Origin: Octopus sinensis
Taxonomy: Eukaryota
Direction of reading: 5' to 3'
DNA: 64,000 nt
NCBI RefSeq assembly: GCF_006345805.1
Contig: NC_043007.1
Span: 35,774,001 to 35,838,000 of the forward strand
This document shows, one piece after another, positions 26,518-39,841 of the stretch (positions within the stretch are counted from its first letter, which is position 1; each line of letters starts with the position of its first letter). The position numbers were made by a program, and so were the translations under genes. Under the pieces are notes generated by a model. It did not search any database. It was given only the letters and a program-made list of their open reading frames with translations, and had not been told where the DNA came from.

Positions 26518-27388
26518 AAGTGAAAAGATGGATAGCAAAACAAATGAGGGCAGAAGAGAGAGTGTATGTGTGTGTTTGAGAGAGAAAAGGAAAGAGAAGT
26601 AAAAGAGATAGAAAGTGAGGGAAGAGCTAGGAGAAAGTATTGAGGGTTAAGAAAGCTGATGTTAGGAGAGAGGGAGTTTAAGAGAATGATGGCGGAAGGT
26701 TAAGAGAAAGAGAGGCAGAGAGGGTTGAATGAGTGTGGGGTGAATATTACCAATAGTTTCGGGCAGGGGTCACCTAACTTTTTTCATAGCGGACCAGATA
26801 ACTGAGAGAATCACGATCATGGGCCGCATGACCATTTTGTTCAATATAATACAGTGAATACACAAAAAAATAAAGACAACCAACATATTTATTTACCAAA
26901 AAGTTATCAAAGAAGGTGATGTTAACAAGATAGTTATATCACACTAAGGCGGTGCTCCAGCATAGCCACAGTCAAATGACTGAAACCAGTAAAAGAATAA
27001 AAGAAACTTTAAAATTTCAGCATTCACATTACTCTGTTATATGCAATGTTTATTTATTCACATTGCTCTGAATTAATTCAAGTATTATCTCATAGTTTGA
27101 AATTTTGATAATGTGATTGTTTATTTATAAAATGACATTGTAGGGTAGGTGTGAAAGGTTGGATCTGGCCAGCTTGAACATCAGCCAAGTAGAATATTTT
27201 GGTCAGATATGGCCAGTTTAAATGCTAAAGAGTTAAATATGGTAAAATTCACAAAACCTACAAGAGTGAAGATGTATGTAAGGCAATGAGTGGGAATGCA
27301 AATATTAACATGATGATGATAATGAATTCAATTAATGGAAAGTCTAATTGTGCTAATGCTTAGTTTTCTTCTTAAATCTTTTTACCAG

Positions 27389-27511
27389 GTACATGCTAAT
27401 GATCAGGGTTCAACAATGAGTGGTTACTTGAAACTATACAAAGGTAAAAGATGGAAGCAGCTTTGGTTTGTACTGAAGGACAAAGTATTATATAAATACA
27501 AAGCCAGTGAG
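27389..27511 (+). CDS. FGD6: FGD-like exon, PH2 domain
   Basis: VHANDQGSTMSGYLKLYKGKRWKQLWFVLKDKVLYKYKASE; accag/gtaagc. Confidence 0.95.
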
Positions 27512-28767
27512 GTAAGCACTTCTCCATGATATTGTCATTGGCAGGTAAACCAGTCTCCTGAATTTAATATATGTTGATCAACTTAGGGCTATTATTCTTA
27601 ATAAAGAGATAAAACAATATTGCTGGGGTCAATTTTGTCTTCCATCCTCCTAGGATTGATAGAAAAAAAAAGTTCCAGTTAAGTATTATGGTAAATTTGA
27701 CTAACCAACTCCTTCTGGCATGGGTTGGATGATTTGACTGAGGACTGGCGAACCAGATGGCTGCACCTGGCTCCAATCTGATCTGGCAGAGTTTCTACGG
27801 CTGGATGCCCTTCCTAACGCCAACAACTCCGAATGTGGTATTTTTTCCTCCTGAGTTGCACAGACTCTCCTTTGTTCCTCTCACCATCATGAGGAATACA
27901 AGAAACCAGTAATTAACCCATTGGAGACCTGTGTCAAATAATGCCATTGTTTACAGAATGCATGAGGCATCTATCCTTGTTCATTACTGATTCATTTTTC
28001 ACTGATCTGAAATAATATGGTATATTAACTGTAAACTGTTTTACGCTTATCACAAATTGATTTGTGATAATATGAGTCAACGATCAATCATAGATTTTCC
28101 TTGGAATATAAAAGCACACCCAGCAACCCTCAGCAATTCTCAGGACAATTTGTGGTTTTGGAATGAAACCTATTTTTCCCATATGTTTGACCATTCATTT
28201 ATTAGATTCATTTAACAAAGTGTTTTTTTCTCTTTTGGAACCACATACTTGTGATAAATAAAAATAGATGTATAAAATAAATAAATGTTTAGTGTATCCT
28301 TTTAGAGACTACAGGGAACATTAGTGACATCAGGGATGGTGTTTGTAAGAGAGAGAGATTACTGTCCAAATATTGTTTGTTCCTTCTCAAGCCATGCTTG
28401 GCTCATAAGAGCTGGTTTCCTGGTTTCCTTGGCGTATAGGTTCCCCACCTGGATGGGACACCGGTACGTTGCAAGTGAGCTGCAAGATGCAGGAGGAAAG
28501 AGTAAGAGAAAGTTGTGGCGAATGAATCAACAGAAGTTCGCCATTACCTTCTGCTGGAGCCGTGTGGAGCTTAGGTGTTTTGCTCATAAACATATACATC
28601 GCCCGGTCTGAAATTCGAACCCGCGAGTTCACTGCTCTAACCACTAGGTCATGTGTCTCCACTACTGTCCAAATATGGATGGACATGTAATGGAAATAAA
28701 CAATAAATTTTTTAATAATACTAAACTTCTGTATCATTGTATGTAACATTTTCTTTTTCATTGCTAG

Positions 28768-28827
28768 GATATGGCAGCTATAGACAGTCGACCTCTTCTG
28801 GGTTATCAGGTGAACAGAATAACAGAG
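28768..28827 (+). CDS. FGD6: FGD-like exon, PH2 domain
   Basis: DMAAIDSRPLLGYQVNRITE; gctag/gtaagt. Confidence 0.92.
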
Positions 28828-29068
28828 GTAAGTTTGAAGTGTTGAGATCACAGCATTATGACATTCTAAACGTAATGTTTTAATTGATTTAGACATTATA
28901 AAAACCAATTTGAGACAGAAATTACCAACAGGCCCACAGGCAGGATTTGAACCGTCTATCTATAGCTTTCATGTTGACTGTGTTACCTTTTATACTACAG
29001 AACACCTGTCACTCTCTCTTTCTCAAATTAACCCTTTAACTGTGTAATCAACTTAAACTAACAGTCAA

Positions 29069-29117
<49 letters not shown>

Positions 29118-29291
29118 AAAAAGGAGATGTGGAACACGAGTTGTGATATATAAAAAAGGAAATGAAGAAAATGCTGACAAAATAATTTAAGTAATTTAAG
29201 TAATTTAATTAGGTGAAAGTTCTTTTTACCGGTTGCGCATTTGTTATGCTTATCTGATAAGAGGAAAAAATCTATCAGAAAGGAACTCTAA

Positions 29292-29331
29292 TCTTTTGAT
29301 AAGCATAACAAATGCGCAACCGGTAAAAAGA
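29292..29331 (+). ncRNA. Degenerate hammerhead-like motif inside an inverted duplication
   Basis: tctttt-gataa-gcat aacaa atgc-GCAA-ccgg-TA|aaaaga; stems I and II and palindromic accggt present, core mutated. Confidence 0.45.
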
Positions 29332-29383
29332 ACTTTCACCTAATTAAATTACTTAAATTATTTTGTCAGCATTTTCTTCATTT

Positions 29384-29424
<41 letters not shown>

Positions 29425-29694
29425 TATATATATTACAGATAAAGGCTGAAATATAATTAATTTAATAAAATCAACAAATTTCACCTCGTATTTCGGTATG
29501 GAAAGGAACCATATTCAGTAAAAGTTTATATAATTATAACAATGAGGGTCTTTGCAACAAGTTGCTTGACCACATACCGAAAATTTTAGAAATAGCAGCC
29601 AGAGGACTGCTATTTCTAAAATTTTCGGTATGTGGTCAAGCAACTTGTTGCAAAAACCTTTATTGTTATAATTATATATATGTATATATGTATG

Positions 29695-29726
<32 letters not shown>

Positions 29727-30047
29727 ATATGACTCCAAGAAAGTTAGAGGTTGTGAATCCAACCCCCTAAGGGATATCTATCTATCCAATATACTGCTAG
29801 TAGAATACCCAATTATTAATACACAAGTGTTTTTTATTGCATTGCAATTACATTACCTAGTGTACTCCCACCTAAAGACACATATATTAAGGAACTAGTC
29901 TTTAGGATAAATGAATTTATTCACAGAATTCGTTGGAGATATGTATGTATACTATTATAATTATCAGTTTAGTAAATAAATAAGTTACCATAATATAATG
30001 TCTAAAAGTTGATGAACCACCTATTGATCCTCTTCATTTTCTTATTG

Positions 30048-30085
<38 letters not shown>

Positions 30086-30307
30086 TATATGTATATATTC
30101 AGACTATATATATATATATGTGTGTCATTGTGTTTGTATGACTGCTTGTATGACTGTGACCTTTGTTTACAATCAGTGTACAGGAGACAGAATCAGGCAA
30201 GTAGATAGAAAGACACAACACACACACAACTTATATATGTATGTATACACACACACACACACTCAAACAAACATATATGTATATAGCTGCATTATTTTTA
30301 TTTGCAG

Positions 30308-30373
30308 GAGGCTGGTGATGGCTCTGGAAGCTTAAGCACAAATTCCAACTCCTCCGATCCAAGAGCACGCAAT
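30308..30373 (+). CDS. FGD6: Putative cassette exon (22 aa) in a PH2 loop
   Basis: tttgcag|EAGDGSGSLSTNSNSSDPRARN|gtaagt; 66 nt, phase 0-0, GC-richer than flanks. Confidence 0.65.
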
Positions 30374-31052
30374 GTAAGTATAATTATTCATGCTTCCATT
30401 GAATTTTGGAATAGTATTATTTTCAGAAATCAAATCTCTATCTCTTTCTCTTCTTGTCTGAAACAAGTAAAAGATAAAAGCCACACACACACACACACAT
30501 ATCATTTTGTCTGATGCGCTAACAATTCTGCCAGTTGGCCATCTTGATAATAATAATAATAATAATTTCTTTTATTGGTTACAAAGACCTAAGACACTGT
30601 GCGTAACAGCAAAGGTAAAAAATAGAGCACGCAAAGATTTGCATTGCAGCATTTCTTCCAGTTCTTTACATTCCGAGTTCAAATACTGCCGTGACCAACT
30701 TTGCCTTCATTTTTTTTGAGATTCGTAAAATAAATACCAGTGGAGTACTGGAATCAATGTAAACCCTTCCCCTAAAATTGATAGTTTTGTATCTTTTGTA
30801 GAAAGGATTATTATTAAGGTGTTGAGCTGGTAGAATCATTAGTACGCCAGGCAAAATGCTTAGTGGCTTTTCGTCCATCTTTACATTCTGAGCTCGAATT
30901 CCGCTGAGGTCGACTTTGCCTTTCATCGTTTCGGGGTCGATAAAATAAGTACCAGTTGAACAGTTGGGTCGATGTAATAGACTCATCCCCTCCCCTAAAG
31001 TGGCTGCCTTTGTGGCAAAATTTGAAACCATTATTATTATTATTATTATTAT

Positions 31053-31600
31053 TGAGTGAGAGAGCAGTGCATGCCATCAAAGTGACACTGGGGTAAAATA
31101 TACGAAGTCCAGTATACCCATCTGATAAGGGTACACCAGGCACATGCATCACAACCATATGTGCGCAACATGGTGATTGCATATCAAGATAAACAGCATA
31201 TGACCTTGCAGGTGGGGCCCAGTTAGAATTTTCTTCTGGTCGAGTAGCCCATCCCACTCAAAAGGTCCCTGAATAAGAGTTATTTAAGGATGTTGAACAA
31301 AACACCCATGTTTCCAGAGGTGAATTATTCAAACTCCAAAGAATTCCTCTCAACACATGGCTATGATGCTCCCCAACTACTTCTGCTTGTGATCAGAGAT
31401 GCACATATCGTCAGCCACTAAGGGACATGCTCAACTGCTTAAGGTCAAACAACTGACAAGCAAATCTGTGCTATTGATCAGAATATTTGCTGTAGCCCAT
31501 CTTTTATACCAAGACAAAACAATGTACATAATAACACTTCCAATCAGTTAAGATCAGAAGCCATGAGAGCCAATGCCTGGTACTGCATCAGGGCATTTGT
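31053..31600 (+). repeat. Unclassified ~550-bp interspersed repeat (also ~45676-46230, partial ~23855-24155, inverted part ~52840-52987)
   Basis: Direct sequence similarity among copies; flanked by (ATT)n or (ATC)n. Confidence 0.7.
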
Positions 31601-32197
31601 TATTATTAATATTATTATTATTATTATTATTATTCCTCCTCCTCTTCTTCTTCTCCTCCTCCTTCTTCTTCTCTCCTCCTCCTCTTCTTCTCCTCCTCCT
31701 TCTTCTTCTCCTCCTCCTTCTTCTTCTTCTCCTCCTCCTCCTTCTCCTTCTTCTCCTTCTTCTTCTTCTTCTTCTTCTTCTTCTTCTTCTTCTTCTTCTT
31801 GCCTAGTGGTTAGGGCATTAAACTGATGATAGCAAGATCACTATAAACAAATCATTTGTGCAGGTCGTTTGGCAAAAGGTGAACAGGAAGTCAATCATTA
31901 ATGTTATCATAAAGGTTGTGAGTTTGCAGAACTGGTAGCACACAAGATGCAATGCTTAGTGGCATTGCACCCTAATTTACATTCTGAGTTTGAATTCTGC
32001 CAAGATCGACTTTACTTTTCATCCTTTCAGAGTTGATAAATTAAGTACCAGTTAAATAAACACTGGGTCAATTTAATCAACTAATTCCAATAGCAAGTTT
32101 AGAGTTAATTTTTTCACTTAATTAATTAAAGCTTGTAATATGTTCCTTTTTACTTTCCACTAACCTCCAACATTATTTCTCTCTCTTTCTTGTGTAG

Positions 32198-32298
32198 CAA
32201 TGGTATGAAGGCATAGAACGCCATCTTTTGTTTGAACTTACACATTCAGGAATGCAGCCCATGAGATTCCAAACTGATAGTGCAGCATCAACAGAGAA
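32198..32298 (+). CDS. FGD6: FGD-like exon, PH2 domain
   Basis: QWYEGIERHLLFELTHSGMQPMRFQTDSAASTE(K); tgtag/gtaatt, phase 2. Confidence 0.88.
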
Positions 32299-32567
32299 GT
32301 AATTTTACATTTTATTATCTTTCTTTATTTGTATTTGCCTTTTACTTACTTATTTCACACACACATATATGTGTGTGTGAATATATAGATATATATATAG
32401 GCATGGATGTGTGGTAAGAAGCTTGTTTCTCAACCACATAGTTCCGGGTTTGGTCTCACTGCATGACGCCTTGGGCAAGTGTCTTCTACTATAGCCTCAA
32501 GCTGAGCAAAGCCTTATGAGTGGATATGGTAGACAGAAACTAAAAGAAGCCTATTGTATGTATGTAT

Positions 32568-32623
<56 letters not shown>

Positions 32624-35600
32624 ACCCATGCCAGCATGGAAAGCGGACGCTAAATGATGATGATGATGATGATGATGATATATATATATACATACACATA
32701 CATACATATATATATCAGCCAAAATTGCGAAGATAATCTGGTACTTGACTGAGGAAAGAAAACTTCAAATGACCTGTCCTTGTTTTCTTTGTATTGTCTA
32801 TCTGGATGGTTTGTGTTCTTGTCCCATTTTGTATTTTATGTATGTATGTATGTATGTGTGTGTTTTGAACACTTTACCGTGTAACATGAAGTGCGGTATC
32901 TCACTCTTAGTTAAAACCATGGGACTTCAATCGTGACAGAATTCATTTTCTTTTGAAAGATTATTTTCAATAGCTGTGTGTGTGTGTACTTGGAAATGTT
33001 GACATTTCATGGCTTCAGTTGTCTTTGCTTGAGCAAAACAGCAAAGGGAATGTTTGCATTTCCCTATAATATCAGTTGTTCTGCTTTCAAAGACCTGTTG
33101 TATAAAATGAAAAAGACATAATCCTTCACTTAGATAAACAATTTAGAGTTGGTGACAGGAAGGGCACCCAGTTGTAAAATGCTATCTCAAATAAGTCACA
33201 TGTCTAAACCATAATACCATTGAGAAACGGACTTCAAGCAAACACACACACACCTGTGTGTCTGTATATATTTTGCTGATGTGTATTTGCAAAGGAGTGG
33301 CCAGGAAACCGGTGTTTTAGCAATAAAGTTCGGCAGTGAGTTACTGTCACTCCGTTGTTACCCTCACCATCAGAAATCCAGTAAATCAGTGATAATCTCA
33401 ATGTAAAACAGAAACCAGTAACATTATTTTCCACCATTTGCAATATTAAATACAATAAGAGCACTCAGAAAGCGCAAACCTCCGCCAAGACATCAACGTC
33501 CTCTCAACGATTAGCCGGAGGTTATTTTTAAATGAGAATATCTGAAATAAACTCGACTGCTCTCACAAACGACAATACTGTGGCACGTAAAAAGCACCAT
33601 CCGATCGTGGTCGTTGCCAGCCTCCCCGGTGGCACATAAAAAGCACCATCTGATTGTGGCCGTTTGCCAGCTTCATGTGGCACCTGTGCCGGTGGCATGT
33701 AAAAAGCACCCACTACACTCATGGAGTGGCTGGCGTTAGGAAAGGCATCTAACCGTAGAAACATGGCCAGATGAGACTGGGCCTGGTGCAGCCTTCTGGC
33801 TTCCCAGACCCCAGTTAAACCGTCCAACCCATGCTAGCATGGAAAACGGACGTTAAATGATGATAATGAACCCGACCGCTCTCAAAAATTATGTAAAAAA
33901 AAAAAAGAATGATCCAGAATCCTTGTCTGGTACCGGATCGATCCCAAAATGTGATCAGTTTGTGCCAGTCGCGAGGCCAAACATCCCTGAAAGTTTCATT
34001 AGAATCCATCCAGCTGTTCTTGAGATATCTTGTCCATGGACAAACAAACAAACACGACTGCAAACAATATTAAGGCCAACGTAATGTTACTGTGACATCT
34101 GATTTAGGTTGTTTTATATCTTTCATAGAAGATGCAAACGAATGTTACTCAAACCTAGAAATTCGTCATTTTAGTTCAGGTGGTAAATGAAGCTATTAAC
34201 TAATCAGTCTGTGAGACTCACCTGACATTCTACCTGTTCATATTTCAGGTTGCTACAGCTAAATTCCTACATTATAGTATTTATGTAACAATATCTGAGA
34301 GTATTGTTGAGGTTGCTTTCGTAAACATACTTATTTATGATCGTCTCTGGTTATATTTGCCGACAAAAAGCTTTTATAAGAAAAAGTAAAAATATATATA
34401 AAAATATATAATAGCGGTTCATTTAGTTTCATAAGGGAGATAACCTTTGCTGTAATCTCGAGTTATCTCTCTTTGAAATTGGTTTATTTATTTTTCATTG
34501 TTTAATATCGTTATAATCGGTAGAATTTGTTCATTGAGAATGTTGGTAAGAGAAACGGTACATTCTCGGAATAAATTTCTAGCCATGTTTAGTTTCCATA
34601 GTTCTTCGTTCTGAACTTTTTTAAAATCTTTTAGTCAGAAGGCGAAGGCAATATCTATCAGTTTCTCTTCTAAGTATACGTTTGTGTACGCCCATACGTT
34701 TTATAACCAGCTCGTGCGTGCACACACACACACCACACAAACACGCACTCAGAGTTTTCATGATAAAACCGAATTTATTTAGTTTTAATTGAAGAGATTT
34801 GAGCAATGGTTAGACGTTTGGATGCACAAATACTTTATAAAGAATAACAAAATCTTACACACAAGCAAATTTCTTAACCCTCAACGAAACATTGGTGCTC
34901 AGGACCTACCAAGGATTCCTGAGATTGTTGGGTATCGTGGGGTGGGGGCCCAAACTGGAAGCTTGTCCTGAATAGTAAGCATTGAGTGTCAGGCAGTGAT
35001 GTTAAACTGAGTTACGGTTTAATTCTACTACCCAAATTCACTTTTAATCTCTCCAGAGTCAGTAAAATAAGCTACAGTATTATTCTATCCATGGAACATA
35101 GGCCATGGACACTTTTCTCCAATGTTCTTAACTCTGGGCTGACTTCAGAGCCACTCCTTCAGTATGGTAGGTGGGGTACACCCTAAGGGAAGGCCTTCTT
35201 CTCTATCAGGTCTTGTTGGTTCTGAATTGTCATCGATGTTTCTATAACTTATCATTTTTTTCTTAGGTAGGGCTGTTGTTCCCATGCAAATACAGTTTTA
35301 CGTCTGGAAAGCGGTGGTCAATTATTAGTCTGGTCCCTGTCTTTTGACAGGGACCAGTCTTGCATAGAAGGCTTTACCAGGATTTTGCACGCTGTTGGCA
35401 TAGATCACCACACAGCAATAAGGATTGGGTTTTGTGATAGACAGTACAATTCTAAGAGCTGCAGAAAGTTATACTTATCTATCCGTGAAAGTAATTCTGA
35501 GCAAATTTTACACCCTAAGACATGAATAGAATATAGGCTAGAAACAGAAGCTTCCAACAAAATCAGGGCAATGCAGTTAGTAATTTTCAAATGTGAAAAA

Positions 35601-36336
35601 CAAAGTTGAAAATTATGTATTTCAAATGGTACATTATGTCTTGTGGAGGTGCAATGGCCCAGTGGTTAGGGCAGCAGACTCGCGGTCGTAGGATTGCAGT
35701 TTTGATTACCAGACCACGTGTTGTGAGTGTTTATTGAGCGAAAACACCTAAAGCTCCACGAGGCTCTGGCAGGGGGCGGTGGTGATCCCTGCTGTACTCT
35801 TTCACCACAACTTTCTCTCACTCTTTCTTCTGTTGGCCTGCTTGCTTAGCTAGCGGGACGGTGTCATTTGAAGGCTAAAACAATGTGAAGCGCATTGTGA
35901 CCAGCGATGTGTAGCAACATCTGATAGCCTGGTCGGTGACGGTGATGGTGACATTGTCTTAAATGACCCACTGAGATCAAAGCAATCCAAAAAAACTTTT
36001 AGTAATTCAGACCTACATCAGATGTTAATGAATGCATGTACACACACACACACATGCGTTTTTTGTTTTTTTTTACTTTTGATAAGTTAATTAAAGAAGT
36101 GCTCTTGTCTTTTGCGGTTCCTTCAAAACTGTTGATGTTCAGTCTATACATCTGTTAGATATGTGGCTATACATAGGTAGAAAAGGATTCATGAGAGGGG
36201 TTTTTGGTTTGAATGTAACAAAATGAACCCTGCTATAGGCACCCACATACTAGACGGTGGTGTTAAACTAGGTGAGGGTGTGCTAGGTTTACTATATGTA
36301 CACATCATAGTAAATATCTTTTTATTCTCTTTTCAG

Positions 36337-36373
36337 ATGGGTGACAGTATTACTTGAAGCTTCAGTGCCCTAG
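36337..36373 (+). CDS. FGD6: FGD-like terminal coding exon
   Basis: tttcag|(K)WVTVLLEASVP*; supplies the invariant PH-helix Trp; TAG at 36371-36373. Confidence 0.88.
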
Positions 36374-36569
36374 CAAATGGAATATATGGTGGACCAATGA
36401 CAGACAGACCTAAATATATGTTTCTTGTTGGAAATAATTATAATTTATCTGTGAAACACATCGATTCCATCCTAGAAGAAGACGTATAGCTGGTCATGTG
36501 GATCAGTAGTCAAGCAGATGCTGTTTTATCTGTATATGTTTTCAATACTCAGACATAAACAATTTTTGA

Positions 36570-37200
36570 TACAAGTCAAAGCCTGTTAAACAAAAAGCAA
36601 AAAAAAAAAAACAATTCTTTTCAAGGAAAAGCTGTGTTAAACAAAAGTGACATCTGTTCATATAAAAGCCTGTGATCAACAAAAAATTGTGCTTAAATTA
36701 AACCTTGTGTTAAAAAAGGAATACTCATGATCACAGAAGGATTGTATTAACAAATTGGTATATGTTGAAATGGAAACTCATGTTAAATGAAGGCTTGTGT
36801 GAAATGAAGCCCTACATTAAACGAAGACTTGCATTAAATGAAGACTAATGCTTAAATTAATGACTGTATTAATGAATTTTTTTTTTTTTATTTAAAGGAA
36901 AATCTGAATTAAAGACTTTTTTTTAATTGGAGAATCTTGTAAATGAAAGTCTTATGTTAAACAAAAGCTTGTGTTAAATGAAGGCCTGTATTGAACGGAG
37001 GCTAATACCTAAATGTTAGCTGTCGTAATGGAGATTTTTATTTAAAGGAAGGCCTGCATTAAATGAAAAGACCTTTGGTAAATGAAGGTTTCATATTTAA
37101 AGGAAAGTTTTGTGCTAAACAAAAACTTATGTTTAAATGAAGGCCTGCATTCAATGAATACTCATATTCTATTGAAGACCTGTGTTAAATGAAAACATGT
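36570..37200 (+). repeat. Degenerate ~20-bp tandem repeat in the FGD-like 3' UTR
   Basis: Recurrent tgtgttaaatgaaggcc/t-like units. Confidence 0.65.
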
Positions 37201-38179
37201 GAAGCAAAAATCAAAAAGAAAGACACTAATGCATATATATATATAAATGTGATGTTATAAATTGAAAATCTATTTTTTTAAATATTTCATGATATTGACC
37301 TTTTTTTGTAAGGGTAGATGGGGGGAGAAGGAAAGGAGTGATGACTGCATGGGAGAGATGGATTTTTACCCTGTATTAAACAAAATGATAAAACTAAATG
37401 AATCAAAGTAATTAAAATAAATATTGAAATATAAGTTTTGATTGAGTTAACTTTTTATTCAGAACAAAAAAAAAAAAGAAATTATGGCCTAGACAGAAGA
37501 ACATCTGATTTTTGCTAAGTTCTCCAAACTTCTGATATCAGAAGGCGGTGAGCTGGCAGAAACGTTAGCACGCCGGGCGAAATGCTTATCGGTATTTCGT
37601 CTGCCGCTACGTTCCGAGTTCAGATGCCGCTGAGGTCAACTTTGCCTTTCATCCTTTCGGAGGTCGATTAAATAAGTACCAGTTATGCACTGGGGTCGAT
37701 ATAATCGACTTAATCTGTTTGTCTGTCCTTGTTTATCCTCTCTGTGTTTATCCCCTTGTGGGTAATAAAGAAATAGATATTTGGTAAGCTCTCCAAGACT
37801 GGTTTGAGAAGAAGAAACAATATTCATGGTTTTTTTTCATGCAAACATTGATCATCATCATCATCATCACTTAACCCTTTCGTTACTGTATTTATTTTGA
37901 GATGCTCAGTGTTTCTTTCAATTACTTTGAATTCAGGAAGGACTTCAAAAAGTCAGGAATACTGGCCCCTTTGCCCATGACTTATAAAAAAAAGTGTAAA
38001 GGAATTTTCAACAATGCAACATCATCACTAGCAAGCTGAAAAAAAAAAGGATAAAAAATAAAAAAATTCTATACTAAGTAATTTTAAATGAGGAATTATC
38101 ATACTATTTACAATTGATTGCACCTTCAATTAATCTGAATTGTTGATTTCTGTTCTTTTGCAATGAATAAAAGCCTTTT

Positions 38180-39838
38180 TATCTGGTGGTCAATGCAGAG
38201 GCTAGGGATAGATGAGTGGTTGGTGAGAGCCGTACAAGCCATATACTGGGATGCTGTCAGTAAAGTAAAGGCTAGCAACTAGTATAGCGATAAATTCAGG
38301 ATACAAGTAGGGGTTCACCAAGGATCAGTCCTCAGCACCCTCTTGTTCATCATAGTCCTGCAGGCAATAACAGGAATTTAAGACGGGCTGTCCCTGGGAG
38401 CTCATTTATGCTGATGATCATGTTCTTTCAGCTGAATCACTATCAGAACTAGAGAAGAAATTTCAGGTGTGGAAGCAAGGTCTAGAATCATAGAGCCTTA
38501 CAGTTAATCTAGCAAAAACCAAAGTCTTAGTAAGTAGGAGAGCAGACAAATTACAAATCTCTTCAGGCAGATGGCCCTGTTCAATCTGTATGAAAAGCAT
38601 AGGTAGAAATTCCATGAGATGTACCCAGTGTAAGCTATGGATACATAAGAGGTGCAGCAATATTAGAGGAAGGATAACGGAAATATTTTTGTGTGTGGCA
38701 GGTGTACAGGTACAATTAACACTAAAAATGTACAGAAAATATACTCCATCAAATGCCTGTGGGGAAAAACTAGAAGTAGTTGATGGCTTCTTTTATCTAA
38801 GCGACCAAATCAGTAGTGGAGGTGGATGCTCCAAGAGTGTAGCTGCTAGAATAAAAATAGGCTGGGTGAAGTTCAGAGAGCTACCTCTGTTGGTAACAAA
38901 GAGCCTCTCAGAATAAAAGGCAGATAGTATGATGCCTGTGTGTGAACAGCCATGCTACATGGCAGTGGAACATGGGCAGTGACCAAGGACATGCATTAGC
39001 TTGAAAGAAATGAAGCTAGTATGCTTCACTGGATGTGCAATGTCAGTGTACATGCACAACAGTGTGTAATTGTCTTGAGAGAAAAGTTGGACATAAGAGG
39101 CATCAAATGTGGTGTGTAAGAGAGATGACTGTGCTGGTGTGGTCATGTGATGTGTATGGATGAGAATAGCTGTGTACAAAAGTGCCAATCTCTGACTGTG
39201 GAGGGAACCTGTGGGTGAGGTAGACTCAGGAAGGCATGGGCCGAGGTGGTGAAGCATGATCTTAAAATGTTGGGCCTCACAGAGGCAGACAAGTGACTGA
39301 GACCTTTGGAGATATGCTGTTCTTGAGAAGACCCAGCAAGCCAAGTGAAATTGTAGTCATGGCCAATGTTAGTGTGACATACCTGGTACCCAATCTGGTG
39401 GCACATGAAAAACACTCTTCGAGCATTGAGCAATATGCTGTGCTTGAGAAGACCTGTCAAGCCAAGCAAAATTGTAATTGTGGCTGGTGCCAGTGTCGTG
39501 TAACTGGCTCCCGTGCCAGTGGCACATAAAACGCACCCTTTGAACATTGGGGCCTCATGGAGGCAGTGATAAGTGATCAAGACCTTTGATGATATACTGT
39601 GCTTGGGAAGACCTCTCAAGCCAAGTGAGATCATAGTTGTGGCCGATGCTGTGTTTCGTAACTGAGACCCATGCTAGTAGTATGTAAAAATCACCCACTA
39701 CACTCTTGGAGTAGTTGGCATTAGGAAAGGCATCAAGCCATAGAAACCATGCCAAATCAGACTGGAACTTGGTGCAGCTCCTCAGCTTAACAGTTTTAGT
39801 CAAACCTTTAAACCCATGCCAGCATGGAAAATGGACAT
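38180..39838 (+). mobile_element. 5'-truncated, decayed RTE-type LINE (RT C-terminal half, Cys-rich insert, 3' UTR)
   Basis: GVHQGSVLS, LIYADD, CSICMKS..CTQCKLWIHKRC, ARIKIGWVKF and LHGSGTW-like segments with stops and frameshifts; 3' UTR with internally repeated gctgtgcttgagaagacc units ending in cccatgccagcatggaaaatggacattaa. Confidence 0.88.
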
Positions 39839-39841
39839 TAA

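Noticed and set aside
32745-32778. ctgagga-aag aaaa ctt-caaa hammerhead-like pattern in a TA-adjacent element
   Set aside because: GAAA is missing and stems I and III are unconvincing; needs a family consensus.
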